Shown: positions 14,752 to 27,083 of the stretch, one piece after another
Layout of the letters: each line of letters starts with the position of its first letter
How positions within the stretch are numbered: position 1 is the first letter of the stretch
NCBI GenBank assembly: GCA_030704615.1
Contig: CM060731.1
Coordinates: 26,536,001-26,600,000 of the forward strand
DNA: 64,000 bases
Origin: Takakia lepidozioides
Taxonomy: Eukaryota; Plantae; Bryophyta
Direction: 5' to 3'
Position numbers and translations under genes: made by a program
The notes under the pieces: generated by a model
Told to the model about the DNA's origin: nothing
The model's input: the letters and a program-made list of their open reading frames with translations, nothing else
Database searches by the model: none

Positions 14752-15145
14752 CGTCCGTAAGTATATACAGAGCCCCTACTATTAATGGTAGCATGGCGAC
14801 ACGCAGGCACTATCTGACGTAGCAATAGAGGGCAGCTTGCAAGCCGCTACCGACCTACCCACTTTCAACCTACCTCATAAACTTTTAGTGTTTCTTACCA
14901 TTCATTTGCACTCCTTTTGTGTTTCGCTCAGCTTGTTTCCCGCTTGTCTATTTGTGGCTGTGTATGTGTGATGGATTCTCACGATCCGCCTCTGCTGTGG
15001 ACCATTTACTGCAAGTTATCTCGTTCTAATAGGTAGGTATAAGTAACGGCAGGTAGGTCGTAAATCATAATCGCATTGGTCATGCATTGTCCCATATCAA
15101 TTGCCCGTAGTCTAGACATCGCGCAGGATACTTAAGCAGATGGGT

Positions 15146-16345
15146 AGGGAATTCCAAAAAGGCCTTGATGTGCAATGCATCGCAATTCACTTGATCACCC
15201 CCTAAAAGTGCGCAATTCAATTGAACTAACCCTAATTTGCAATTCAATTGAATTGTCGGCACACGATTCAATTGAATTGCGAATTGGCAATTCAATTGAA
15301 TTGTCAACTCGCAATTCAATTGAATTGCTGACTACAATTCAATTGAATTGTAATCTATAATTTTTAACTTATTTCTGTATATAATATATATGTATATATT
15401 TAAATTATACATATATACATACACAGGTATAAGCTAAAAATACATGTTGCCCGTCTATTCTTGCTGTCCGTCTGTCAATCCTTTGCCCGTGGTAAGGCTT
15501 GAGCCCAAGATAAGCCTAAGGGAGAGCGAGAGACGGAGAGGGAGAGAGAGGAAGTCACGAAGCGCTTGTAAAAGCGGGATTGTCTCTCTTTGTGGATGTT
15601 GGTGCCAATATATGGCTACGTACATATACCAAACATGATACCAATGTAAGAGTATCAACGTGTAAGAGTTTGATATATTAAACTTATATAGAACACACAT
15701 CCCAACTTCAACATGATACCTTTGTAAGGGTATCGAAATTTTTGATAATTCTCAAGATGAACATATTTTTTGTTTTCTTTGTCCTGGGCCAAATACTAGT
15801 GTTAGGGGACTACATGGTGATGCAGGGGAAGCCTTTCATCAATTGTCAGGTTTGATTTTGTCTGTTTTTTTCGGAGCCAGCCATGTTTCTTTTGCCAGTG
15901 AACCACAGGAAGCTGCTGATCTGTCTCCGTCTCTGGCTCTCCCTTTCTCGCTGAGGCTGAGGGTGGCTTCACAACTCCACAATTTCCTCAAGGGAGGGCA
16001 CAAGAAAGAGGGCCAGCAAGAATAGACGGGCAACATGTATTTTTAGCTTATACTCTTATATGTGTATAAATATAATTTGAATATATACATGTATATATAT
16101 ATTATATATTATATACAAAAATAACTTAAGAATTATAGATTACAATTCAATTGAATTGTAGTCAGCAATTCAATTGAATTGCCAACTAGCGATTCAATTG
16201 AATTACGAGTTGACAATTCAATTGAATTGCAAATTAGGGTTAGTTCAATTGAATTGCCCTTGCAATTCAATTGAATTGCGCACTTTTAGGGGGTGATCAA
16301 GTGAATTGCGATGCATTTCACATCAAGGCCTTTTTGGAATTCCCT
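15146..16345. mobile_element. Non-autonomous foldback/Mutator-like element with ~320 bp TIRs
   Basis: Ends AGGGAATTCCAAAAAGGCCTTGATG / CATCAAGGCCTTTTTGGAATTCCCT. TIRs extend to ~15465 and ~16015 and contain ~24 bp-phased CAATTCAATTGAATTG palindromes. Flanks agatgggt / agatggggt form a TSD with one homopolymer difference. Confidence 0.85.
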
Positions 16346-16539
16346 AGATGGGGTCTACGGGAGGTGGTCGGGCCGGTGGAGGCATGTAGTTGGGCTCCGT
16401 ATGTATATGTATACGGAGCCACGCTACCACGTCATAGCAAGCCTCCTCAGAAGGAGGCTTTGCGGCGAGCAAGCTACTCTCGACTGCTACGGGGTCTCCA
16501 ATTGGCATCGAAATCCTCCCCATCAGTAGGAGAAGGCCG

Positions 16540-18231
16540 AGTGCTGGGAGGTCATCGTTCCAGCAAACAAAGGTATCTGAGGATCTGGAGCAGAGTTTGC
16601 CTCCCTTGCCCAGGTGATGTCAAAACCAAAGTGTAGCTACAATCTCCTCCTCTGTGAACATCTTGGAAGAGCTCAGACCAAGCTTTCCTAGCTTCAGACA
16701 ATAGGTCTAAGTGAACTCTATGCAGGATAACTCTAGCACATGGAACCAGCCCATCAAAAACGAATGAACATCTAGTCTTCCAAAATTCCACAGGTTGTGT
16801 GCCCGAAGAGTGGCCCACACTGGACAGTGACTCCAGATGTTAAGAGGAAAATCGTTCAGTAACAATAAGAAGTCAGAGGAGTAGGTCGGATTCCAGTTAC
16901 AATAGAACAGAAGTACTAATCTCCAGACAAATATGGGTGTTGAGCAAAGGAGAAGACAGTGCTCAATCGATTTAGGAGAGTTGGAATGACAACATGTGCA
17001 AGTCCCCGGACCATCTGATATGAAGCTGAACACGGGAAGAATTTGGTTAACCAATTTCCACAGGAAGCTGCCTGACACCTTAGTTGCTCTGTCTTTCCTC
17101 CAACGTCAGCCCATATGTATCTCCAAGGTAAACGATTACGAGAAACGTGTTGCCATTTAGTGTCCATTTGGAGACCATGAGGGACGGCCTATTCAGAATA
17201 GAGTACCCCAACTTAACAGTGTAAGCAAAGAAATGATCATGTTTCTTGGTCATCCACATCCACTCAGCAGGATCAAATTGCAACAAAGAAACAAGGGCCG
17301 TTAGAAACCACCTGAACTTCCTCGAGTAATTGAGATGTTCTCGGGAGCTGGAGCAGGGTTAGGAAGACCCGTCACAAAACTCTAATGGCATAAAGAGAAT
17401 TATCATGTAGAGAAACCCAAGAAGGAGCAACGAGATTCCCAATGTGATCGGATTGCAATCTCCAAGAAAATGACAAGATGTGGAAGCTGCCAAAAAAAGC
17501 AAAGGAAGAAGAGGTGTCATGGCCACCCAACCACACAGGGAGAAGCCTACGGTTTAATGGGAAGGAACAAAGAGAAATCCAAGAAGTGGGGATTTGTTGA
17601 ATAACCGAAACCCAGGATGTAGCACGTCTAGAGGAGAGGGAGCTGACAGCCACAAAAGAATCTAGAAAACTATCTGAGTCCCATAGCTATAATCTGCTTT
17701 TCAAGATCCAAAATAATTCCCAGACCACCGTTTTCTTTTGTTGCGTGATTTGAGCCCAACTAACGAGAGCCTGACGTTTGGGCGAGGCTGGGGTTGCACC
17801 CCATATAAAGTTTCGAACAAGAGCCTTGATCTACTTGATTATATCATAGCAAGGGGACCACACAAAGGCAATAAACCAGATAGAAGCCAAGAGAACTTGA
17901 TTGACAGCTAGCGCTCTGCCAGAGATGGAAAGGTGAAGAGAGCTCCAATGGATCAACTTTTTTTCAACTTAGAGATAACGGCCGCGCATCTCTACTGATC
18001 GGATAAACCATGACCAATGAGATGGTCGAGTAGGGAATGAGCTCGACCATCTTGGAGCCATGAGAGACTGAGGTCATTACCCCACGGATCAGACAGGGTG
18101 GAGTTAGCGATCAGTTTAGATAGAATAGCAACTGATTTAGGCCAATTGACCCACAAACCAGAGGCTTCACAAAAAGATTGAAAAGAGTTGAGCTGCCTTC
18201 AGGCAAACTCTTATAGAGTCTTGCAGCATGC
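16540..18231 (-). mobile_element. L1-clade LINE ORF2 3' part (RT end, post-RT region, zf-RVT), decayed
   Basis: Minus-strand FCEASGLWVNWPKS, WSSLHLSISGRALAVNQVLLASIW, CTCCHSNSPKSIEHCLLLC; many stops. Confidence 0.8.
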
Positions 18232-19712
18232 ATGGAGCTCGAGTGGGGGAGCTAATGCTCTCGACAGGTTCCTTCTCATCCTGAGCCCTCTACTTTTCAC
18301 ATTTTGCTGAAAACTCCTCATCTTCATTGCAGCCCACTGATATTGACAATTATAATTCCTTGAGTCATCAAGGCTGGTGGGAGGAGCCATTTTGGCATGG
18401 AGGGGGACTCCGACCTTTACAACAGTGTGCTTGTCCCACTTCAGTTAGGCTCCTCCTCGGGCATGCACACAGACAAAAGTTGCCCAGGTGCAGCATGAAG
18501 GGGAACCCAAAGACAAGGAGGTGGACAATGACTTTATATGTGAGTAAGTCTTCCTTCAACTTACCGTTTGTCTCTGCGTGGCTTCTTCACGACGCATCAT
18601 CATTGGAGAACTAATTTCTCATTCCTTGTCGTCCCTTTCAAGAAACCCAGGTGTGGAACTTCAAAAGCCCCTTTGATCTGGTCCGCATCGGTTCTCCATA
18701 GCCCAGCTCCAGCTTTTTGGTTGCTAGTATATGCGGAGGCAATGGCAATTCATATGTCAACAACTCCATCACCCACTCCCAAGTTATCAAAGCGCAAGGA
18801 TGAACGTCCTAGTTCACAGGCTTTGCAATTCTTGGACCTGTCTGCATCCGATGTCAGGTCTTGTTCTAGTGATGTGGACTCAGATTCTAGTTCTGGGAGC
18901 TCTCTGTCTTTATCCCTTTCATGAGCATAAAAGAAACTTTATACTCTTTCAATCATGAAAAATCAATTTTGAGTATTTCACATTGCTCCGGTGTCTAGTA
19001 CATAGGGTGTTTTCCATTATGTTCATGAATACTCTTTCAGTTTTTGTGCAAGGCCACTCGATGTGGTGTGGTGTGTGTTCTGACAGTGTTATTGACTATT
19101 GAAGAAGCAAATACTTGGTCCTGGAATTCAAACAGAACTCATGCAATCACTTTACCCTGTAACACTTTGCAAACTAATCTCTTAATTTGCTCATGTTGGT
19201 TCGACAGTTTAATTCAAACTCACAACCGGGAAAACACACGCCAACAGAGGGAAAAAATGATGGAAGGAATGCAGAAATGATGGTGAATGGAATGCATCCA
19301 GGCTGAAAACAGTTTTGAACAAAATAATAAGTAAAATAATAGTTTAAAATGGAAAATAAAATAAAATAGTAGATTGCACAGACGACTAAACAATGACTTG
19401 CGGCTGGTGGCTCACTTGGAGAGTGAGCACTATGTACCACCCAATGTTCATTGCATTTATGGTTTTAGGGTTGAGGGTTGAGGGTTTGGGGTTTGGGGTT
19501 TGGGGTTTTAGGGTCCTATTTGTGGACTTCTTCTGCAGCCAATAATATGCACTTCGGCCCTATTTCTCATAACTTCTACTGGCGGTAATAGGCCCCTATG
19601 TAACTGTGGTGTCCGCTGTAATAGGCCCCATGGTTTCAAGGTCACGCTAGAAACGTGAGCAGTTTTTTGCTCACGGAATGTTTTGCTCACGGCTCACGGT
19701 CTAGCATTCCCC
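18232..19712. mobile_element. Truncated Mutator-like element with only the right end recognisable
   Basis: Right end ...gctcacggctcacggtctagcattcccc. Its reverse complement GGGGAATGCTAG..GTGAGC matches the ends of the 29942-32069 element. GCTCAC cluster at 19655-19700. Confidence 0.5.
19462..19513 (+). repeat. Degenerate telomere-like repeat tract
   Basis: ttttagggttgagggttgagggtttggggtttggggtttggggttttaggg: 7-mer variants of TTTAGGG. Confidence 0.7.
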
Positions 19713-20250
19713 TTGAACTCATCATACAAAATCATTGTTAAATCGCTAGCTCTCGGGCTGCAACCCTTGTTTGGGAAGCTTATTAGGCCCCGAATAGTCA
19801 GGCTTCCTCAGAAGGGCATGATATTGGATAATATCTTGCTGGCTCATGAAGCTTTGTATCAGGCTCATATCTCCAATCAGCCCATTGCTCTTCTAATGGT
19901 TGATTTGAAAAAATGTTTGATAATGTGGACTGGTCTTTCCGGTGCCTTGACAAAATTAGGAATCAACGCCACTTCCTCAAGTGGGTTCACATCCTTCTCT
20001 TTTCTGCCTCTAGTAAAGTCATCATCAATGGGGTGCTTTCCTCATCTTTTCCTCTCCACATGTCTCTAAGGCAAGGATGCCCTCTTGCCCCCTTCCTTTT
20101 TCTAATAGTTGCCGATACGCTAGGGCATCTCTTAAGTTTGAATGATGACATCAAAGGTTTGAAAGTCCCAAGATCCATGCCTGACTCCTATAGTATCAAA
20201 GCTAATTCTTTATATGCGGATGATATGACGTCGCTTGTGGACAATAGCTC
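19713..20250 (+). mobile_element. L1-clade reverse transcriptase fragment (domains ~1-5), inverted relative to 16540-18231
   Basis: LNSSYKIIVK, ILDNILLAHE, LMVDLKK.FDNVDWSF, LRQGCPLAPFLF, LYADDMT. Confidence 0.9.
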
Positions 20251-20519
20251 ATAACAAAACGTTTCACTAATGTTGTGAACACCTTAGTGTATTTATGACA
20301 TTCTCACCACAGGCTATATGATATGAAAAAATTGCTCCATGATGTTGTGACAAATCAAATAGAACGAAAAAGAACAATGGACTTGGATTTCACAAGTTCT
20401 CGAAACCCACCAATTTCAGACAGTAAGTTCAATCCAAATTGGGTGGGAAACAACATGTGTCCTGAAATTGCGTTGCTTGCAAAACTCTAAGTCTAAACAT
20501 AGTCAGTTCTGGAAATTCT

Positions 20520-23500
20520 AAAGTACTCACACTATAACGGCACAATTGTACATAGATCAACCAAACCTGTTTATACCTTAAACCAGTCCCAGGTCTTTTT
20601 ATTAAAATATTTAAAATTTAGGAGAGAAAATAATGGCACAGTTATACCTACAACTAAAATTTGAACCCCTCCCAATTTTATTTGAGACCTATAACTGTAT
20701 CGTTGTACCTTAAACTAGTCCCATTTTTATATTATTATTATCATTATTATTTTTAAAATGATTTTGGAGAGCTATAATAGTACTTGGTCCAACAAGATCT
20801 GTTGCGGTTTTAGCCATATATTGGTACCATTATAGCCTAAACTGACCCGGTCATGTTTCTGTTTGAGCCCTATGACAGAAACGATCTATGTGAGTTTGTC
20901 TTGTAACAACATAGTTATCCAATGACTGTGCCCAATTGACATTTTGCATATTGCCTATAACTGCACGGTTATACCGATCCACTAATTAATAATTGTACTG
21001 TTATTTGTCAAATAGTGGATGGTGGACGTTCATCAGATTGTTGCTCTTCAAAGCACTGTTCAAGTATTCAGATTGGGCAATTGAAGGTTCATTCACTAAC
21101 GGTTCTGTTATTCATCTTTGTCGATCAACTGAGCTCATGCAGTTACACTTAAAAGTGAGGAGGAAAAGCATCTCACATAGATGCATGAGATAGATCTTGT
21201 GACTATTTATTTGTTGCATGGCAAATAAAATGCATCGTTATATTGGCAGTCTAGTGCAGACAATAGTCAATGGCTTGATAGTCCTTGCACATGACTCGTC
21301 AATCTGAATCTGTCAGGTTTGTGTGATAACGGCGCCGTTATGGGACAAATTGATATTCCATGGCTGGATGCATGAGCTACTGATATATGAAACAAATGCG
21401 GGTAGGCTGATTCACGTATTCATCTGCCTGAATTTGCTATAATGGCATCGTTATGAACTTCAAGTACTTGGGTTCTATGACAGTGCGCCTGCCTATACCA
21501 TTGTTAGTCCTATACTATAACTGTTGATTGCATCCTATGTGTTGACTTGCACACGAACGGGTCAAATACGAGGATGCTCTTGTCCATGGTAGGAGAATAA
21601 CAGTGTCGATATTCCTCCACCGAGTCTTACTAGGGAGCGTCTAAGATTGAATATGTTTGTTGCATCTCAATGTCAGTCTGTGACCATCATAGATATTGAT
21701 ACGTGGGTTGATGGATTACTGGAATCATTAGGAACAATATCAAATGAACGAATCAATGTTGAATCTATATTTTTCCACTTTGTACTGTAACGACAACGTT
21801 ATTCATATCCACTAGTGTCACCCTGGGTGATTGGGTGTCATATGGAGTTGTGGGGAGTGTAATCACGCATTAATGGACAGCTGGCTTGCATGGTAGCATT
21901 ACCGATTTCGACAATATTTCTGCGATAAGTATGTTCAAGATTACAAAATACTGCTTAGTAGTCAACATGCTTGTCTAACAGTACATTAATTGTGATGTTA
22001 TCGGGTTTCCCTCACTTTTTGTACTCTCATGTATTGCAGGAGCTCTGCCTTCATTCCAACACGGATAGGCCCACAATGAGTTCTGGTTCTAGATGTGTAG
22101 AAATAACATCATTAAGTATTGCATTTTCGGGAAGCAAACATATGGCATGGAGACAATGCCACATCCCCCTGTCATGCGGCCTGTTGTTGTGGATACAGAC
22201 CTCACATAGGATGAAGTTGTTGCCCTTATTGCAATAGGTTTTAACATGGTCGACCGGAAAAAAAAACCCCTTTGTAACACTAGGGAGCTGTTGAACCTCG
22301 AAGACCTTCCAACCCTACAAGGAACAGAAGTCATGGAAGGGACAATTTAGCACATCCTACATTGTGATGGGATAAAGTCAAAAGACGACCGCAACCTCCA
22401 TCAAAGGTTAATGAGACAAGGATTGCCAATGCTCTTGGAATGGTTTCTATGGTTTAGGATTCAAAGACGTGTTTGTGCCAAGATGGGGCTAGATGTACCT
22501 GATGTAAACTGTAGGATTGGCTATGCGCAAGGAGGTATACATTGTTACCATCCTGAACTTGCTAGCGACAATTGTTGTGATTTAACAATGGAATCGAAGA
22601 ATGCCTCTAAATTTTCCATGCAAGCATTTGTATTACATCTATCTCAAGCGATTGAAGTGTATCTCCACCACATACGACTTCATTCATGCACCAACGTAGA
22701 GTTATCACAAGGTGATTAAGCCTCTTAACTTATGGATACCTTAACTTATGCCATTATTTGGGTACCTGCTATGCACAAATAAGTGTAGGCCACGGTTACA
22801 GGCCCTATACTACACGATCTAGGTGCATCTAATTCCGAGGGTGTCATGCCCACGCCCCCTATTTTGGCACAATCATATACAGACTGCCCTGGATAAATGT
22901 TACCTCTATAAACGTCAAACTACCATAAATGTTAAGAAAATTTTACTCCCCTACTTGTGCACACTAGCAAATTTAAAGTGTTATTTGTTAACAATTGTTT
23001 ACTCCCCTCTTTGATAATTTTCCCTCCATAAATGTTAAGTGTACCATAAAGGCTTCACCTAAGAGGAGAAAGTAGTATAAGTTCCAACTAGATTATGATA
23101 AGATTCCATCTTAAAACATAATCAATCTGAAGACCAAAAAGTAAGTGGGAGGTAATACTAAAGTGAATAGATGAAACAAGTGTATATACAACATTTGGAG
23201 ACTTGATATGGAGGTTATTCCTGAGATACAACGAATGTATGTTCAACATTTTGAGACTTGACATAATGTTTTTGAGAGACTAGATCACATAAGTTATGTG
23301 GTAGTTGTACCTGCGTTAGCTATTTTGCCAAGTAGATGGTGTCGATTGGTCTTTTAGTGAGTGTAGTTAGTATATTCTTGAAATACCTACGCAATTTTCT
23401 TTTTGGTTGTTGATAGATAGGCCCACCCACATGGTTAGATAGATGTGTTGTACTAATAAGTTAGATATTAGGTGATTAATAAAGATGAAAGACAACTCAC

Positions 23501-23850
23501 AGGCAAAGAGAGAATAGAATATATTACACTTTATTTCATAAAGTGTTACTTTCATAATTTTTACATTTGTTAAATGTTACATTCCGTAAATGTTAATGTG
23601 CTACAACTAACCCCTTCATAAACTGTTAATATGTTAACCTTGTCTAAACGTTATTTTTTTTCTACTCCCTACTGTTAAAACTTAACATTTATCCAGGGCA
23701 GACTGTAGTGTAACTGAAAGACATACCATGCACACACATGTTAAATTGTTTCCTTACTTTTCCCGGAGATTTCTTGTGAAATTTTTTATTGCAATTATTG
23801 AACATAATAATATTTTATATTCCATCCATACACCGCCGTTATTGGGAGTT
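20520..23850. mobile_element. Old degenerate DNA-transposon-like region
   Basis: Recurrent ATAACGGC/GCCGTTAT-type motifs (e.g. ~20534, ~21326, ~21438, ~23834); no recognisable ORF; borders uncertain. Confidence 0.3.
22880..23705. mobile_element. Tc1/mariner (pogo-like) MITE, 826 bp
   Basis: TA|CAGACTGCCCTGGATAAATGTTA ... TAACATTTATCCAGGGCAGACTG|TA: 23 bp TIR with 1 mismatch and TA TSD. Confidence 0.9.
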
Positions 23851-24454
23851 TTTTAGTACTATGCGCATGAATAGGCTCATGGGAAAAATAAACAATCCCT
23901 AATATGCTTGGTCAAACCTGTGAATGTATTGTTTGAAAAATACCAAGTTTGAAAATCCCCACTAAAACACTATAAATTTCCCAAATTCCACGGTGGAAAT
24001 TTTGGAAATTTGGGGAGATGATGAAGTGCAAAGTAGGCACCTCTATCTACGGTCAATTTCTTAGGATGAAAATTGGTGGGTTGGCAGGCTCTGTTTTCTG
24101 TTCAGGGATGCAATTTTTCATTGTGTTTTTTCTTCTATCTTGTCGGCAGATAAGGTTTAACATACAAGGCAACAATATAAGTGAATTTGATAAAAAGTTT
24201 ACCTAAGTGAGTGGATGTTATATGTCAAAAGTTGTAACAAACAGATGTGGCAATAATTGTTTTAAAAACAAATGCTTAAAAAATCATTTTTTTGCAGTGC
24301 AAAAATCAGTCAAAGTTAATGCAATCCCGTTCAACATGTAAGGAAAACAGTGTGGAGAAAAAGGAAAAAATATAACTATGGAATTATGGACTACCCCACT
24401 GCACTAACACACACATTTTCAAGTTTGAACATACAACTGGCCAAAAGCGGCTTA

Positions 24455-26452
24455 CACTAGACATAGAATGGGAGTTTAATGCGTGCGTGCGAGGCTTGCC
24501 GGTACAATCCCTGGAGCTAACCGGAGAGTCCCTGTGGGCCCGCGGTCAAATCCCCCCCCCCCCTCTCCCCCTTCCCTTGTGTATCAAGGTTTTTTTTTTC
24601 CATTTTGGCTTAGCGTATATGGCTACAAAATTTGAAGGCTAAGTGCAAAGGAGGCGATGTCATAGATGCTTAGCTAAAAATCAACTGGCTAGAGGCTATT
24701 TCATTTGCATGCAATATGGCGATTTGAGTATTTTGTGTATGCATTGGATAGACGATACAAATAAAAATTGAGGCATAAAATAGTGGCTACAAGAGGCCAC
24801 ATATTGTTGCAATGTGGCTACAATGCCATAGTCGAAGTGCATTTGCTGGCACTAGAGCCTAATCTCAAGTAGCAAAGTGGCACCATTGCCTAATGTCAAG
24901 AAGCAATGTAGGCATAACAGTCTATTTAAAATCTGAAATCTGAAATTTGTTGATCAAGTCTTAAACTGGGCCAGCAAGCATCGTGGCCTCAATATCAAAT
25001 AACAAAGTGACACCATAGTCCAATTCGTAAACTCGTACAACTCGTACCACGGCAGCCCACTCACAATATGAAATCTAAAATAATTAATCAACTCTATTTA
25101 AAATCTGAAATCTGAAATTAATTGGTCAAGTCTTAATCTGGGGCACTAAGCATCGCCTCAATATCAAATAACAAAGTGACACCATAGTCCAATTTGAACG
25201 AGCAAACTCGTACCAATGTAGGCGTGGCAGCCCACTCACAATCTGAAATCTAAAATAATTAATCAAAGAAGTGCAAAGATGGCCAGCAAAAACCATAGCC
25301 TCAATTTCAAGTAGCAAGGTGGCACCATTGAGGATGGTGAAGGAACAAATTGATACCAAGTGAGGCAGGACACTCACAATCTGAAATCTGAAACTAATTA
25401 ATCAAAGAAGTCCTACGTAAACATCACGATCTCAATTTCAAATAGCAAGGTAGCACCATAGCCCAATGTGAAAGAGCAATATGGTACTAAAAAAAACTAC
25501 AGTATAAAGATCTTAGGCGAAATTTTGAAAGCAAGGTGCGAGGAGAGATGACGATGGTGAAGCTTCGTAGGGCTGCGCGCAATGGCGACGGCCTACCCTT
25601 GCAGCGTCCAAAACCCTGGCGTTCCAACGATCCAGGTCGTGCTGCATGGCGAGATCTCTACCGTTGATCGCGCGATGGGATGACAGCCACTAGATGTAGG
25701 GCTGTGGGGAACATGTATTTTTGGCGCAACTCGCATGTTCCCTGGAGCTTTCTGGCACCAGCCCGTGTGCGCGCCCCTATTTTCCGGTGCATTTTTTGTT
25801 TTTTTCCCCAGGATTTTACATACGGCTATCACAACCCTTTGTTTTTTATCGCTTTTAGGCTCCATTTCGCCTAAAAAAGAAGCGTTGTTGTGTATGCTTC
25901 ACGCCCATCCGAGGGTCCCACGTTCCCATGTTCCCGCTCCACCGCTCTACTCCCCGCTCCTCCACTCCCCAGTTATTGCTCCCTGCTCCTATGCTCCCCT
26001 GTTCTCCGCTCCCTTGTAGTAACAAGAGAGTGGCGGAGCACTAACACGGGGAACAAGGAGAACAAGGAAGCGGTATGTATGTGGGAACAGAGGAGCAGCG
26101 ATTGGGAACAGGGGAGCGGAGATCTGCTTGAGGGACTTAGAAAATTTTGGAGATGCAAAAATCTAATAACACCTCAGTCAAATCCTTAAACATACGATTT
26201 CCATCGAGCCGTGGGCGAGGTCTGGACTTGGCACCCCCGAATTAATGGTCAATGCATCCAGCCACCAAGCTACCCGCCGCTTTCTTGCAACCCCTCACAA
26301 TTTTTATGTTTTGTACTATAATACAGGCAATAACGGCAAGGCGCGGGGGTGGGGATTTGACTGCGGACCCCGCCAAGGGCGTCCCGGCAAGCCCCGGCGA
26401 CCGTACCGGCAGGCTGGCACGCACGCATTCAACTCGCATCCTATGTCTAGTG
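24455..26452. mobile_element. Non-autonomous CACTA-ended element with ~100 bp imperfect TIRs
   Basis: CACTAGACATAGAATGGGAGTTTAATGCGTGCGTGC... vs reverse-complemented right end CACTAGACATAGGATGCGAGTTGAATGCGTGCGTGC. Internal tandem units (aatctgaaatct; caagtagcaaggtggcaccat) at 24860-25460. No clean 3 bp TSD (tta / tgt). Confidence 0.75.
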
Positions 26453-27083
26453 TGTTCCGCCAAAAGCATTACTGCAATTTAAAAAAAAGTAAAAGTAAAA
26501 AATAAAAATAATTATTGTGTTGTAGTGAGTCTAGGCTTGTGCCTTAATATATAATATTTCAACTTATTTATTAAAATAAATTAAAATCCCCAATCAATAA
26601 ATAAATACATATTTTTGTCATTGTATTTAGTATTTTTAATATTCCACTATTTCAATTTATTTTGCAAAATAAAACAAAATGTTGGTTGGTTGGTTTTGTT
26701 GGTTGCTAGTTTGGCCTCATTTACCTCTTCGTTGTCTACTACCTCTTCATCACACGCCCTATGTCTACCTCTTCATCTTCCATTTTTGTCTGTCAAATCT
26801 ACAGCCCACGTCACGTATGATTAATCGAGGGCACATCATGCAAAGAGGAGTGTTGAGGATGGTTGTGTAAAATAAGTAGCATTGCACAATCTGACATTGT
26901 GGATACCAGTGCTACCATGCTCTTGGATCTGCGCACTTGTAGTGCTCAACTCAACTGTTTGTCTAACATTTTTGCTGGTGGACGTTGTACAAGGAGATTG
27001 AGTGTGAGGGTGGATAAAACTCCAAAATCTAGAAACATAGGCAAGAGACAACGGGGAACTCTATTGCAAGTACTGAGAGATGC

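Noticed and set aside
25910-26125. Pyrimidine-rich/purine-rich mirror segment as a structured RNA gene
   Set aside because: It is made of short GCTCC/GGAGC/GGAACA motifs inside a transposon, and the pairing is loose.
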